This document shows positions 18,153-26,538 of a stretch of DNA of 64,000 nt, in pieces; the first letter of the stretch is position 1; each line of letters opens with the position of its first letter. A model generated the notes under the pieces. The model was not told the origin of the DNA, did no database searches, and saw only the letters and a program-made list of their open reading frames with translations. The DNA lies in the NCBI GenBank assembly GCA_009377755.1, contig WHTM01000015.1, positions 22,520-86,519 of the forward strand, read 5' to 3'. The translations under genes and the position numbers were made by a program. The stretch comes from Hyphomicrobiales bacterium (GTDB taxonomy: Bacteria; Pseudomonadota; Alphaproteobacteria; Rhizobiales; Xanthobacteraceae).

Positions 18153-18680
18153 ATGCCTGCCAGCAGACAAAGCGTCGGCCTGGGCGCAATCATCGCCATT
18201 GTCCTGTTCGGGTTCGGCGGCGCATGGGCGGCGAACGAGAACGTTGGGCCGCAAAGCGGGCTGCCGCTGCCGCGTTTCGTCAGCCTCAAAGCCGACAAGG
18301 TCAACGTACGGGCCGGCCCGACGCGCGAGCACCAGGTCACCTGGGTCTATACCCACGCCGGATTGCCTGTTGAGATCACGGCCGAATACGGCAACTGGCG
18401 GCGCATCCGCGATTGGGAGGGCTCGGAAGGCTGGGTCTATCACTCGCTCCTGTCCGGACGGCGCACCGCGCTGGTGGTTCCCAAGGACAAGGAGGAACTC
18501 GTGCCGCTGCATGCCGGGCCAGGCCAACAGAGCGCCGTGACGGCGCGGCTGGAATCGGGCGTGCAGGCGTCGCTGCGGCGGTGCAACGGAAGCTGGTGCT
18601 ACCTAGCCGGTAGCAAGTTCGACGGCTGGGTCGAGCAGCACCGGATCTGGGGCGCCTATCCGAACGAGAAGGTGGACTGA
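18153..18680 (+). CDS. secreted bacterial SH3-like domain protein (DUF1058 type)
   Basis: Signal/TM segment MPASRQSVGLGAIIAIVLFGFGGAWA, then PRFVSLKADKVNVRAGPTREHQVTWVY...GNWRRIRDWEGSEGWVYHSLL. The track start at 18045 lies in the repeat cluster. Confidence 0.75.
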   Translation: MPASRQSVGLGAIIAIVLFGFGGAWAANENVGPQSGLPLPRFVSLKADKVNVRAGPTREHQVTWVYTHAGLPVEITAEYGNWRRIRDWEGSEGWVYHSLLSGRRTALVVPKDKEELVPLHAGPGQQSAVTARLESGVQASLRRCNGSWCYLAGSKFDGWVEQHRIWGAYPNEKVD

Positions 18681-18689
18681 CCTCTCTGT

Positions 18690-18832
18690 TGTCGTCCCGG
18701 CCGACCCCGGCCATGAGCCGGGGGAGAGCCGGGACCTATGTATCCCTGCGCTGCGACTCGTGCACTGAGCCGGGATACATGGGTCCCGGCTCACGGCCGC
18801 TTCGCGGCCTTGGCCGGGATGACAACGGAGAG
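18690..18832. repeat. family A palindromic repeat
   Basis: GTCGTCCCGGCC..GAGCCGGGACCTATG ... CATGGGTCCCGG..GGCCGGGATGAC. Confidence 0.6.
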
Positions 18833-18839
18833 GGTGCGC

Positions 18840-19340
18840 TCAGCGTGCCTTACGGCGCAGGCGCACAACAATATCGACGCGCGCGATTTCGTAGCCTTCC
18901 GGCGCCGAGGGTGTATTTCCCACGACCACTTCGGCGCTCGGAATATCGACCAGCTCATTCTCGCCTTCGACGAAGAAATGATGATGGTCGCTGACGTTGG
19001 TGTCGAAGTAGGTCTTCGAGCCGTCGACCGCGACCTGCCGCAGCAGGCCCACATCGGTGAATTGGTGCAGAGTGTTGTAGACGGTCGCCAGCGACACAGG
19101 GACCTTGGCCTTGGTGGCCTCCTCGTAGAGCATCTCGGCGGTGAGATGCCGGTCCCCCTTGGCGAACAGGATCCAGCCGAGCGCCATGCGCTGCCGGGTC
19201 GGGCGAAGACCGACTCCCCGCAACATCGACTTCACGTCATGCCAGGGACAGCCCGTCAGGTCGGTCCGCACCGGCGGCGCCGGCTGGTGCCCGGGGAGCG
19301 CAGGTGCATTCGAAAAAACCATGGTACGCGTCGGTGTCAT
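18840..19340 (-). CDS. irr: iron response regulator Irr (Fur family)
   Basis: Heme-regulatory-type motif LTGCPWHDV, then GLRPTRQRMALGWILF..HLTAEMLYEEATKAKVPVSLATVYNTL and the HHH motif (SDHHHFF). Divergent from fabA, as in Bradyrhizobium. The start is ambiguous (ATG at 19376, 19340 or 19322). The track start 19532 lies upstream of the predicted promoter. Confidence 0.85.
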   Translation of the reverse strand: MTPTRTMVFSNAPALPGHQPAPPVRTDLTGCPWHDVKSMLRGVGLRPTRQRMALGWILFAKGDRHLTAEMLYEEATKAKVPVSLATVYNTLHQFTDVGLLRQVAVDGSKTYFDTNVSDHHHFFVEGENELVDIPSAEVVVGNTPSAPEGYEIARVDIVVRLRRKAR

Positions 19341-19403
19341 GACCGAAATCCAGTTGCTCGGGCGGCCCGTCAACATGGCCACGATCCGATCGTTGCAAAT
19401 GAA

Positions 19404-19431
19404 ATTATATACCTCCAACCGGCAAATGCAA
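19404..19431 (-). promoter_or_regulatory. candidate sigma-70 promoter of irr (TTGCAT-N16-TATAAT)
   Basis: The minus strand reads GGTTGCATTTGCCGGTTGGAGGTATATAATTTCATTTGCAA. The -35 TTGCAT is at 19431-19426 and the -10 TATAAT at 19409-19404. CATTTGC occurs twice around it. Confidence 0.4.
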
Positions 19432-19661
19432 CCGGCTCGCAAAACCGGCCGGCCGTTTTGCCGCACCACCCCCGGCACGGTCGCGACCGCTGAAATCCCG
19501 GGTCGTCGGCCGGGGATTGCGCCCGCTGCCACGCGGTTTAGGGCACGGCCGACCTCGCTCTTGCGGACCGCGCCCTGGTGCCGCCAATGTGTGGCTTTGC
19601 CGGCCTACAACCCTATGATAGGAAGCGCGGAGTCTTTCGGCGGGCGGCAAGGACACTTGGA

Positions 19662-20192
19662 ATGGACGGCCGGCAATCGAGCTTTAGCTACGAAGATCTG
19701 CTCGCCTGCGGACGCGGACAATTGTTTGGCGAGGGCAACGCCCAGTTGCCGTTGCCGCCGATGCTCATGTTCGACCGCATCTCCGAGATCGCGGACGAAG
19801 GCGGGGAGCATGGCAAGGGCCTAGTCAGGGCAGAGCTCGATGTAAAGCCGGACCTGTGGTTTTTCCTCTGCCATTTCAAAGACGACCCGGTGATGCCCGG
19901 ATGTCTCGGCCTCGACGCGCTGTGGCAGCTTGTGGGATTCTTCCTGGGCTGGCTCGGGGCGCCGGGCAAAGGCCGGGCGCTTGGCCTTGGCGAACTCAAA
20001 TTTTCCGGACAGGTGCTGCCGACCATGAAAAATGTCGTCTATGGCATCGATGTCAAAAGAGTCATGCGCTCGAAGCTCGTGCTCGGGGTCGCAGACGGAT
20101 GGCTTGCGGCCGATGGCGCGATCATCTACCGCGCCAACGATCTCAAAGTGGGTCTCTTCCGTCAGGACGCCCTGGAGGCGGTGGGCGGATGA
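19662..20192 (+). CDS. fabA: 3-hydroxydecanoyl-ACP dehydratase/isomerase FabA
   Basis: Begins [17 protein letters not shown] and contains [24 protein letters not shown] with the active-site His. Start taken at ATG 19662. Confidence 0.9.
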   Translation: MDGRQSSFSYEDLLACGRGQLFGEGNAQLPLPPMLMFDRISEIADEGGEHGKGLVRAELDVKPDLWFFLCHFKDDPVMPGCLGLDALWQLVGFFLGWLGAPGKGRALGLGELKFSGQVLPTMKNVVYGIDVKRVMRSKLVLGVADGWLAADGAIIYRANDLKVGLFRQDALEAVGG

Positions 20193-20345
20193 TCAGGACT
20201 GCGGCCGAATGCAGGCGTTCCGCCGCGGATCGCCGCACATAAGCCGACTTGCAGGATTGCGTCCGGCGGGCCATGTGTGCCCCAATCGGCCGAAGATACC
20301 GCAATGCGAGCAGGCGGGCCGGCCGAGAACCGCGAGGACGGGCGC

Positions 20346-21563
20346 ATGAGACGGGTCGTTGTCACAGGGATGGGCATCGTCTCATCGATCGGCAACAATT
20401 CGCAGGAAGTGCTGGCGAGTCTGCGCGAGGCAAAGTCCGGAATCGTCGGCGCCGAAAGCTACAAGGAACTCGGCTTCCGTTGTCAGGTCCACGGCGCGCC
20501 GACGCTCGATCCGCAAGAGGCCGTCGATCGCCGCGCGATGCGTTTTCTCGGCGGCGGCGCCGCCTGGAACCATGTCGCCATGGAGCAGGCGATCCGCGAC
20601 GCCGGCCTCGAGGCCAACGAGATTTCGCACGAGCGTACCGGCATCATCATGGGGTCGGGCGGCCCTTCGACGCGAGCGATCGTCGAAGCCGCCGAGGTGA
20701 CACGCAACAAGGGACCCAAGCGCGTCGGACCGTTCGCGGTTCCGAAGGCGATGTCGTCGACCGCGTCCGCGACGCTCGCCACCTGGTTCCAGATCAAGGG
20801 CGTCAACTATTCGATATCGTCGGCCTGCGCGACGTCCAACCATTGCATCGGCAATGCCTCCGAGATCATCCAGCTCGGCAAGCAGGACGTGATCTTCGCC
20901 GGCGGCTGCGAGGAACTCGACTGGACTCTTTCAGTGCTGTTCGACGCCATGGGCGCGATGTCGTCGAAGTTCAACGAAACGCCCGCCAAGGCTTCGCGCG
21001 CCTATGACGTCGACCGCGACGGTTTCGTCATCGCCGGTGGCGCCGGCGTGCTCGTTCTGGAAGAGCTGGAGCATGCCAAGGCGCGCGGCGCCAAGATCTA
21101 CGCCGAGGTGGCCGGCTACGGTGCGACTTCCGACGGCCACGATATGGTGGCGCCGAACGGCGAAGGGGCCGCGCGTTGCATGCGCATGGCACTGGCCGAT
21201 GTCGCGGCGCCGGTCGACTACATCAATCCGCATGCCACCTCGACGCCGATCGGCGATCTCAAGGAAATCGAGGCGATCCGCGAGGTGTTCGGCGCCAAGT
21301 GTCCGCCGATCTCGGCGACCAAATCGCTGACCGGCCACTCGCTCGGCGCCGCCGGCGCGCAGGAGGCGATCTACTCGCTGCTGATGATGAACTCGGGCTT
21401 CATCTGCGAAAGCGCCAACATCGACACCATCGACCCAGCCTTTGCCGATGTGCCGATCGTGCGCGAACGGCAGGATAACGTTTCGCTCCGCTGCGTCTTG
21501 TCGAATTCGTTCGGCTTCGGCGGCACCAATGCATCGGTCGTGTTCAAGCATCTGGATGCATAA
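20346..21563 (+). CDS. fabB: beta-ketoacyl-ACP synthase I FabB
   Basis: Begins [18 protein letters not shown]. Active-site residues are Cys in [13 protein letters not shown], His in NPHATSTP and His in GHSLGAAG. Confidence 0.9.
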   Translation: MRRVVVTGMGIVSSIGNNSQEVLASLREAKSGIVGAESYKELGFRCQVHGAPTLDPQEAVDRRAMRFLGGGAAWNHVAMEQAIRDAGLEANEISHERTGIIMGSGGPSTRAIVEAAEVTRNKGPKRVGPFAVPKAMSSTASATLATWFQIKGVNYSISSACATSNHCIGNASEIIQLGKQDVIFAGGCEELDWTLSVLFDAMGAMSSKFNETPAKASRAYDVDRDGFVIAGGAGVLVLEELEHAKARGAKIYAEVAGYGATSDGHDMVAPNGEGAARCMRMALADVAAPVDYINPHATSTPIGDLKEIEAIREVFGAKCPPISATKSLTGHSLGAAGAQEAIYSLLMMNSGFICESANIDTIDPAFADVPIVRERQDNVSLRCVLSNSFGFGGTNASVVFKHLDA

Positions 21564-21593
21564 ATGATGCATTCAGCCCCCAGGCACTCAGCC

Positions 21594-21675
21594 GTCATGG
21601 CCGGGCTTGTCCCGGCCATCCACGTCTTAGCGGAGGAACGAAGGCGTGGATGCCCGGCACAAGGCCGGACATGAC
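21594..21675. repeat. family B palindromic repeat (GTCATGGCCGGGCTTGTCCCGGCCATCCACGTCTT .. GCGTGGATGCCCGGCACAAGGCCGGACATGAC)
   Basis: A near-identical copy lies at 34520-34608. Its frames translate to the [18 protein letters not shown]-type pseudo-peptides seen in spurious ORF extensions. Confidence 0.75.
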
Positions 21676-21691
21676 GGCGGATGGAGCGATG

Positions 21692-22537
21692 ATGACGCAG
21701 CTGATGCAGCACAAGCGCGGCCTGATCATGGGCGTCGCCAACGATCACTCGATCGCCTGGGGCGTCGCCAGGACGCTGGCGGAGCATGGCGCGTCGCTGG
21801 CATTCACCTACCAGGGCGAGTCGCTCGCCAAGCGGGTGAAGCCCCTGGCGCAGTCGGTTAACTCCACGCTCGTTCTCCCGTGCGACGTGGAAAATGTCGC
21901 GGCGGTGGATGCGGTGTTCGCGGCGATCGCCAAGCAATGGGGCACGCTCGACTTCCTGGTGCATGCCATCGCCTTCTCGGACCGCAACGAGCTCAAGGGC
22001 CGCTATGCGGAGACCACACGAGAAAACTTCACACGCACGATGGTGATCTCCTGCTTTTCCTTCACGGAAGCCGCCAAACGTGCGGCGGCGATGATGCCGA
22101 ACGGCGGTGCCATGCTCACGCTAAGCTATGGCGGCTCGACCCGCGTGATGCCGAACTACAATGTCATGGGAGTCGCCAAGGCCGCACTCGAGGCGTCCGT
22201 GCGTTATCTTGCCGCCGATTTCGGACCGCAGGGCATTCGCGTCAACGCCATCTCGGCCGGTCCGGTGCGCACGCTCTCCGGTGCTGGCATTGCCGATGCG
22301 CGGCTGATGTTCAATTTTCAGCAGCGGCACTCGCCGTTGCGGCGCACCGTCACCACCGACGAGATCGGCGGTGCCGCGCTCTATCTCCTGTCGGACCTGT
22401 CGACTGGCGTCACCGGCGACATCCACTTCGTCGACTCCGGCTACAATATCATCTCGATGCCGCACCCGGATGCCTTGCAGACGGTCGATGAGGCGGAAGC
22501 CGCGGTCGAGCGGGCCGCCAAGGACGCCGCGCAGTAG
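21692..22537 (+). CDS. fabI: enoyl-ACP reductase FabI (NADH)
   Basis: Contains KRGLIMGVANDHSIAWG and the Tyr/Lys region SYGGSTRVMPNYNVMGVAKAALE. The start ATG at 21692 (or 21689) is just after the repeat. Confidence 0.88.
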   Translation: MTQLMQHKRGLIMGVANDHSIAWGVARTLAEHGASLAFTYQGESLAKRVKPLAQSVNSTLVLPCDVENVAAVDAVFAAIAKQWGTLDFLVHAIAFSDRNELKGRYAETTRENFTRTMVISCFSFTEAAKRAAAMMPNGGAMLTLSYGGSTRVMPNYNVMGVAKAALEASVRYLAADFGPQGIRVNAISAGPVRTLSGAGIADARLMFNFQQRHSPLRRTVTTDEIGGAALYLLSDLSTGVTGDIHFVDSGYNIISMPHPDALQTVDEAEAAVERAAKDAAQ

Positions 22538-22543
22538 CGGAGC

Positions 22544-22628
22544 GTAGGGTGGGCAAAGACGCGGTACGCGCCGTGCCCACGCGGTTGCCGATGCCCGCGT
22601 GGGCTTCACTTCGCTCAGCCCACCCTAC
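22544..22628. repeat. family D palindromic repeat (GTAGGGTGGGC..GTGCCCAC..GTGGGCTTC..GCTCAGCCCACCCTAC)
   Basis: A second copy lies at 57558-57646. Confidence 0.75.
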
Positions 22629-22657
22629 ACGTTTTCTATCGACCGGCGCCGGCGTGG

Positions 22658-23239
22658 TCAGCGGTAGCCGCGCATCAGCAGGAACTTCGCACCGGCCTCG
22701 AAAGCGTCGGGGTCCGGCACGAGGAACGCGAAGGCATCGGCCAACCGGGCCATTGTGTTGAACGCGAAGCAGACCGCGAGCGCGTCCTCGATCTGCGCGT
22801 GCGAGACACCGGCAGCCAGCACTGCACGCATGTCATCCACCTCGACCGCGTGCTCGCGCGTCAGCTTGCCCAGCATCCGCAACGTCACCCGCAGCGGCTC
22901 CTCAATGGCCGCCGTCTCGAGATCGAAGAGCACCGGGTAAACCTTCGCTTCGTCACGGTACGCCCTGACCGCGACCGCGGCGTGCGCCGTCGTGCAGAAC
23001 TCGCACTCATTAATCTTCGCGACGAACGCGGCCATCAGCTCGCGGTCGCCAACCGACCACGCGGAAGGTCCGCGCATGGCTTCGTGCGTGACCTCCTGCA
23101 TTGGGGCGCCGAAGAAATCGGGGCGGTACCGGACCAGCTTGACGACCTGAGGCACCGGCCGGCGTGAGACCGCGAGAATGAACGCGAACAGGAGCTTGGT
23201 GCCAAAGGTGTGTCCGCTGTCGAGGATAGCGAGACGCAT
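22658..23239 (-). CDS. carboxymuconolactone decarboxylase / AhpD-like family protein
   Basis: ATG 23239 is preceded by GAGGAAG. CxxC motif in KINECEFCTTAHAAV; 193 aa. The track ORF's upstream extension is low-complexity Arg/Pro. Confidence 0.7.
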   Translation of the reverse strand: MRLAILDSGHTFGTKLLFAFILAVSRRPVPQVVKLVRYRPDFFGAPMQEVTHEAMRGPSAWSVGDRELMAAFVAKINECEFCTTAHAAVAVRAYRDEAKVYPVLFDLETAAIEEPLRVTLRMLGKLTREHAVEVDDMRAVLAAGVSHAQIEDALAVCFAFNTMARLADAFAFLVPDPDAFEAGAKFLLMRGYR

Positions 23240-23264
23240 GCTCACTTCCTCGTGGCCGCGCCGC

Positions 23265-23561
23265 TCAGGACTGTAAGCGCCGTCTCGTACTGCGCGTGGC
23301 CTGGCCGACCGCGGCGCACACCACGATCTCGAAAACCTGGTCCTCGCTGAGGCCCGATGCCTTCGCCGCGGCGATGTCCTGGTCGGTGACCCGATGGGCG
23401 TGCCTGGCGACCTTGTCGACCAGCGCACTCAGCGGCTCGGCGAGCCCGCTGTTGTCGAAAGCGGCGCGCCGCCAAGCAGGCGGCGCCTCGCCATCTCCTC
23501 CGAGGATGCGCGCGACCAACATGTTGCGCGCCTGCGCGATATCGACCCTTCTCTTCGACAT
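23265..23561 (-). CDS. small carboxymuconolactone decarboxylase-family (AhpD-fold) protein, possibly with a frameshifted C-terminus
   Basis: 98 aa: MSKRRVDIAQARNMLVARILGGDG..SGLSEDQVFEIVVCAAVGQATR. An alternative frame continues to a stop at 23242. Confidence 0.55.
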   Translation of the reverse strand: MSKRRVDIAQARNMLVARILGGDGEAPPAWRRAAFDNSGLAEPLSALVDKVARHAHRVTDQDIAAAKASGLSEDQVFEIVVCAAVGQATRSTRRRLQS

Positions 23562-23567
23562 GCCCGA

Positions 23568-24050
23568 TCACGCCGCTTCCGCTACGCGTACGAAACTGTC
23601 GAGCACGCCCTGCCAACCGGCCGGCGAATCAAAGGCCGCGAAGGCCATCGCCGCGTGCTCGCCGAGGCGGTCGAGATTTCGGTGCTCGAGCTCGACCCGC
23701 GTCACGCCCGCACCGTCGGCAATGAACTGAACTTCCAGTTCCGTGACGATCTCCGGGTTGTAGCGCCACTTTTCGCCGACTTCGATCTGCCATGCGAGCA
23801 CCAGCCGGCCGGGCGGCTCCCACGCCAGCACCTTGCCCCAGGGATATTCGCTGCCATCCTGCCCGCGCTCGAACCAACGCCCGTCAACGCGCGGCTCGAC
23901 CACGATGTCTTTGATCGGCGACTGATTGATGCTGTAGTCCTTGTTCCACCAACGCTCCATCCCCGCGGTGAATATCTCGAAGGCGCGCTCGGGCGTGGCC
24001 TTGACCTGGACACTCTTGCGCACCGGCGCGACAGAAATTGTCTTTGTCAT
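23568..24050 (-). CDS. SRPBCC (Aha1/AHSA1-like) domain protein
   Basis: Contains VRKSVQVKATPERAFEIFTAGMERWW...GRLVLAWQI. Has a 4-nt ATGA overlap with the upstream ArsR-family gene, a common ArsR-SRPBCC pairing. Confidence 0.75.
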   Translation of the reverse strand: MTKTISVAPVRKSVQVKATPERAFEIFTAGMERWWNKDYSINQSPIKDIVVEPRVDGRWFERGQDGSEYPWGKVLAWEPPGRLVLAWQIEVGEKWRYNPEIVTELEVQFIADGAGVTRVELEHRNLDRLGEHAAMAFAAFDSPAGWQGVLDSFVRVAEAA

Positions 24051-24373
24051 GTCTCTTCCTTGCCTCGGTTGATGTTGTCCCTCTCGACCTCGGCCGCGAA
24101 CGCGGCCAGCGACTGATCCCAGAACTGATCAAGCCATGCGCGCAGCGCGCCGAGCCCCTTGGGATCGATGAAATAGACCCGGCGCGTGCCCTCCGCCCGG
24201 TCGTCGACGAGTCCGGCCTCCCGCAGCACCTTCAAGTGCTGGGAGACCGCAGGCCGGCTCACCGGCAGTCCCGAGGCGATCACGCCGACCGGTCTCGGAC
24301 CATCGCGCAGTTCTTCGAAGATTCTACGGCGGGTCGGGTCGGCCAATGCCGTTAGTGCAGTACCGTAAGCCAT
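24047..24373 (-). CDS. ArsR/SmtB family winged-helix transcriptional regulator
   Basis: Contains LADPTRRRIFEELRDGPRPVGVIASGLPVSRPAVSQHLKVLREAGLV. Confidence 0.85.
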   Translation of the reverse strand: MAYGTALTALADPTRRRIFEELRDGPRPVGVIASGLPVSRPAVSQHLKVLREAGLVDDRAEGTRRVYFIDPKGLGALRAWLDQFWDQSLAAFAAEVERDNINRGKEET

Positions 24374-24380
24374 AACTAAC

Positions 24381-24398
24381 CGTAAGTAAAAACTTACG
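24381..24398. promoter_or_regulatory. candidate ArsR-family operator (CGTAAGT-AAAA-ACTTACG)
   Basis: A perfect 7-bp inverted repeat lies 8 nt upstream of the regulator's ATG. A third half-site, CCGTAAG, lies at 24364-24370 inside the first codons. Confidence 0.5.
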
Positions 24399-24412
24399 AA
24401 TGGTCAAGGCCC

Positions 24413-24509
24413 GTCATTGCGAACCCGGAGCGAAGCGGAGGGCGAAGCAATCCAGGCCTTGTTTCGCCGCCCCTAGATCGCTTCGACGGCTGCGCTGCCT
24501 CGCAATGAC
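24413..24509. repeat. family C palindromic repeat (GTCATTGCGAACC..GAAGCAATCC ... CTCGCAATGAC)
   Basis: Terminal inverted arms GTCATTGCGA/TCGCAATGAC are visible. Only a single copy occurs in this window. Confidence 0.5.
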
Positions 24510-24577
24510 ATTAGCCAACGCTCCGCCGGGTGTGAAGCGGCCCGGCGGACGGTCGGGACGGGCAGACGCCATCCGGC

Positions 24578-24710
24578 GTCATTCCCCGCGAAAGCGGCAA
24601 CCCATACGCCGTATCCTCACTGCACAATCGCAGACCTCTCGGCGTATGGGTCCCCGCCGGAGCCTGTGCTCGGGCCGGCCGAAGGCCAGACCCGGGTGCG
24701 GGGACGACAG
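24578..24710. repeat. family A-like palindromic repeat
   Basis: GTCATTCCCCGCGAAAGCGG..CCCATACGCC ... GGCGTATGGGTCCCCG..GGGGACGAC. Confidence 0.55.
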
Positions 24711-24731
24711 GTCACGGTTTGCGGCCGCGGC

Positions 24732-24923
24732 CTACACCCGATACAGCACGTGATACTTGGCGTCGAAGTCGCCGATCGCCAGCTCGCGGCGCGGCTGCAG
24801 CATCACCGAGATGATTTTGTCCGGCCGGATCTGATTTTCGGTAAGCGCCGCATTGAGCGCATCCATGGTCGCCGGCACGATCAGCTCGCGCACGCCGGCG
24901 GCGGTGTTTGTTGCTGTGGTCAT
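24732..24923 (-). CDS. small hypothetical protein (63 aa) downstream of catalase
   Basis: ATG 24923 has a good SD (GGGAGAATGAG-ATG). The sequence MTTATNTAAGVRELIVPATMDALNAALTENQIRPDKIISVMLQPRRELAIGDFDAKYHVLYRV looks globular. No family was recognised. Confidence 0.45.
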   Translation of the reverse strand: MTTATNTAAGVRELIVPATMDALNAALTENQIRPDKIISVMLQPRRELAIGDFDAKYHVLYRV

Positions 24924-24951
24924 CTCATTCTCCCGGAAAAATCTCGCTGCA

Positions 24952-26430
24952 TCATTCCGCGGCCTGCGCCGACGGCAGGTCGGCGGCCGACAGGCCCATG
25001 CGGGTGGCAACGCCGATGCCGTAGTCGGGATCGGCCTTGTAGAAATGGACGATCTGACGCTTGACGATATCGAGCGGCACGCCCTGCATCGCCTCGACGA
25101 TGTTGTCCATCAGCCGCGCCTGCGACTCCGCGCCGATCAGTCGGAACAAATCGCCGGGCTGCTTGTAGTCGTCGTTGCCGTAGCGGTGATTATAGCGGTC
25201 CGCGTCGCCGGACAGCTTCAGTGGCGGTTCCTTGACGCTTTCGTCCTGCACCGGGCCGTTGAACGAGTTCGGCTCGTAGAAGGCATCCGGATTGCCAGTC
25301 TGCGGCGGGAAGAACCGCATCGGCCCGTCCTTGTGATAGTGGTGCACGGGGCAGCGCGGCGCATTGACCGGCAGGTGCTCGTAGTGCGTGCCGAGGCGAT
25401 AGCGATGCGCATCGGCATAGGAGAAGATGCGCGCCTGCAGCATCTTGTCGGGCGACCATGAAATGCCCGGCACGACGTTGGAGGGCGAGAACGCGCACTG
25501 CTCGATCTCCGCGAAGTAGTTTTCCGGATTGCGGTTGAGCTCCATCACGCCGACCTCGATCAGCGGATAGTCGCCGTGTGGCCACACCTTGGTGAGGTCG
25601 AACGGGTTGTACCAATGCTTGCCGACGTCGGCTTCCGGCATGATCTGAATGAACAGCTTCCACTTCGGGAAGTCGCCCTTCTCGATCGCACCGAACAGAT
25701 CCTCCTGATAGGATTCGCGGGTCTTGGCGACGATCGCCTCGGCCTCGCGGTTGGTGTGGTGCTTCCAGCTCTGCTGGGTGCGGAAGTGGAACTTGACCCA
25801 GTGGCGCTCGTTCTTCGCGTTGATGAACGAGTAGGTGTGCGAGCCGTAGCCGTGCATGAAGCGGGGGCTCTGCGGCAGGCCGCGGTCGCTCATCAGGATG
25901 GTCACCTGATGCAGGCTCTCGGGGCTCAGCGACCAGAAATCCCACATGGCGGTGGGTGAGCGCATGTTGGTCTTGGGGTGGCGCTTCTGCGTGTGGATGA
26001 AGTCGGGGAACTTCACCGGATCGCGCACGAAGAACACCGGCGTGTTGTTGCCGACCAGATCCCAATTGCCTTCGTCGGTGTAGAACTTCATCGCAAAGCC
26101 GCGCACGTCGCGCTCGTGGTCGGCGGCGCCGAGCTCACCCGCAACGGTCGAGAAGCGCGCGATCATCTCGGTCTTCTTGCCAACCTTCGAGAAGATCGAC
26201 GCCTTGGTGTATGTCGTGATGTCGTGCGTGACCGTGAAGGTGCCGAAGGCACCCCAGCCTTTGGCGTGCACGGTCCGCTCCGGAATGCGCTCGCGGTTCT
26301 GGTGCGCCAGCTTCTCGATCAGCTGGTAGTCCTGCATCAGCACCGGCCCGCGCGGCCCGGCGGTGACGGAATTCTGGTTGTCCGGCACCGGCGCGCCGGC
26401 GGTGGTGGTCAGGGTCGGTTTCTTGGCCAT
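24952..26430 (-). CDS. katA: monofunctional heme catalase
   Basis: ATG 26430 follows AGGAGGAAAAT. Distal His in [18 protein letters not shown] and proximal Tyr region [14 protein letters not shown]. Confidence 0.92.
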   Translation of the reverse strand: MAKKPTLTTTAGAPVPDNQNSVTAGPRGPVLMQDYQLIEKLAHQNRERIPERTVHAKGWGAFGTFTVTHDITTYTKASIFSKVGKKTEMIARFSTVAGELGAADHERDVRGFAMKFYTDEGNWDLVGNNTPVFFVRDPVKFPDFIHTQKRHPKTNMRSPTAMWDFWSLSPESLHQVTILMSDRGLPQSPRFMHGYGSHTYSFINAKNERHWVKFHFRTQQSWKHHTNREAEAIVAKTRESYQEDLFGAIEKGDFPKWKLFIQIMPEADVGKHWYNPFDLTKVWPHGDYPLIEVGVMELNRNPENYFAEIEQCAFSPSNVVPGISWSPDKMLQARIFSYADAHRYRLGTHYEHLPVNAPRCPVHHYHKDGPMRFFPPQTGNPDAFYEPNSFNGPVQDESVKEPPLKLSGDADRYNHRYGNDDYKQPGDLFRLIGAESQARLMDNIVEAMQGVPLDIVKRQIVHFYKADPDYGIGVATRMGLSAADLPSAQAAE

Positions 26431-26517
26431 ATTTTCCTCCTGTTCAGAATTTCCTGCGCTGAAGGGCACCATGGCCGACCGTTTAGATCAGGTCTAATCG
26501 TATTGCCTGAGCGCCTC

Positions 26518-26534
26518 GATAAGGATATCTTATC
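26518..26534. promoter_or_regulatory. candidate OxyR/LysR-type dyad in the katA / oxyR divergent region
   Basis: GATAAG-GATAT-CTTATC inverted repeat, 5 nt upstream of the oxyR ATG, within the 108-bp katA-oxyR intergenic region. Confidence 0.4.
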
Positions 26535-26538
26535 AGCA

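Noticed and set aside
21650-21691. N-terminal extensions of fabI, rbfA (34498-34719), rimP, trmB and others in the ORF track
   Set aside because: These extensions translate palindromic repeat elements or GC-rich leaders, for example the [12 protein letters not shown] and PGLVPGIHV pseudo-peptides. Internal ATGs with SD sequences match the expected protein N-termini.
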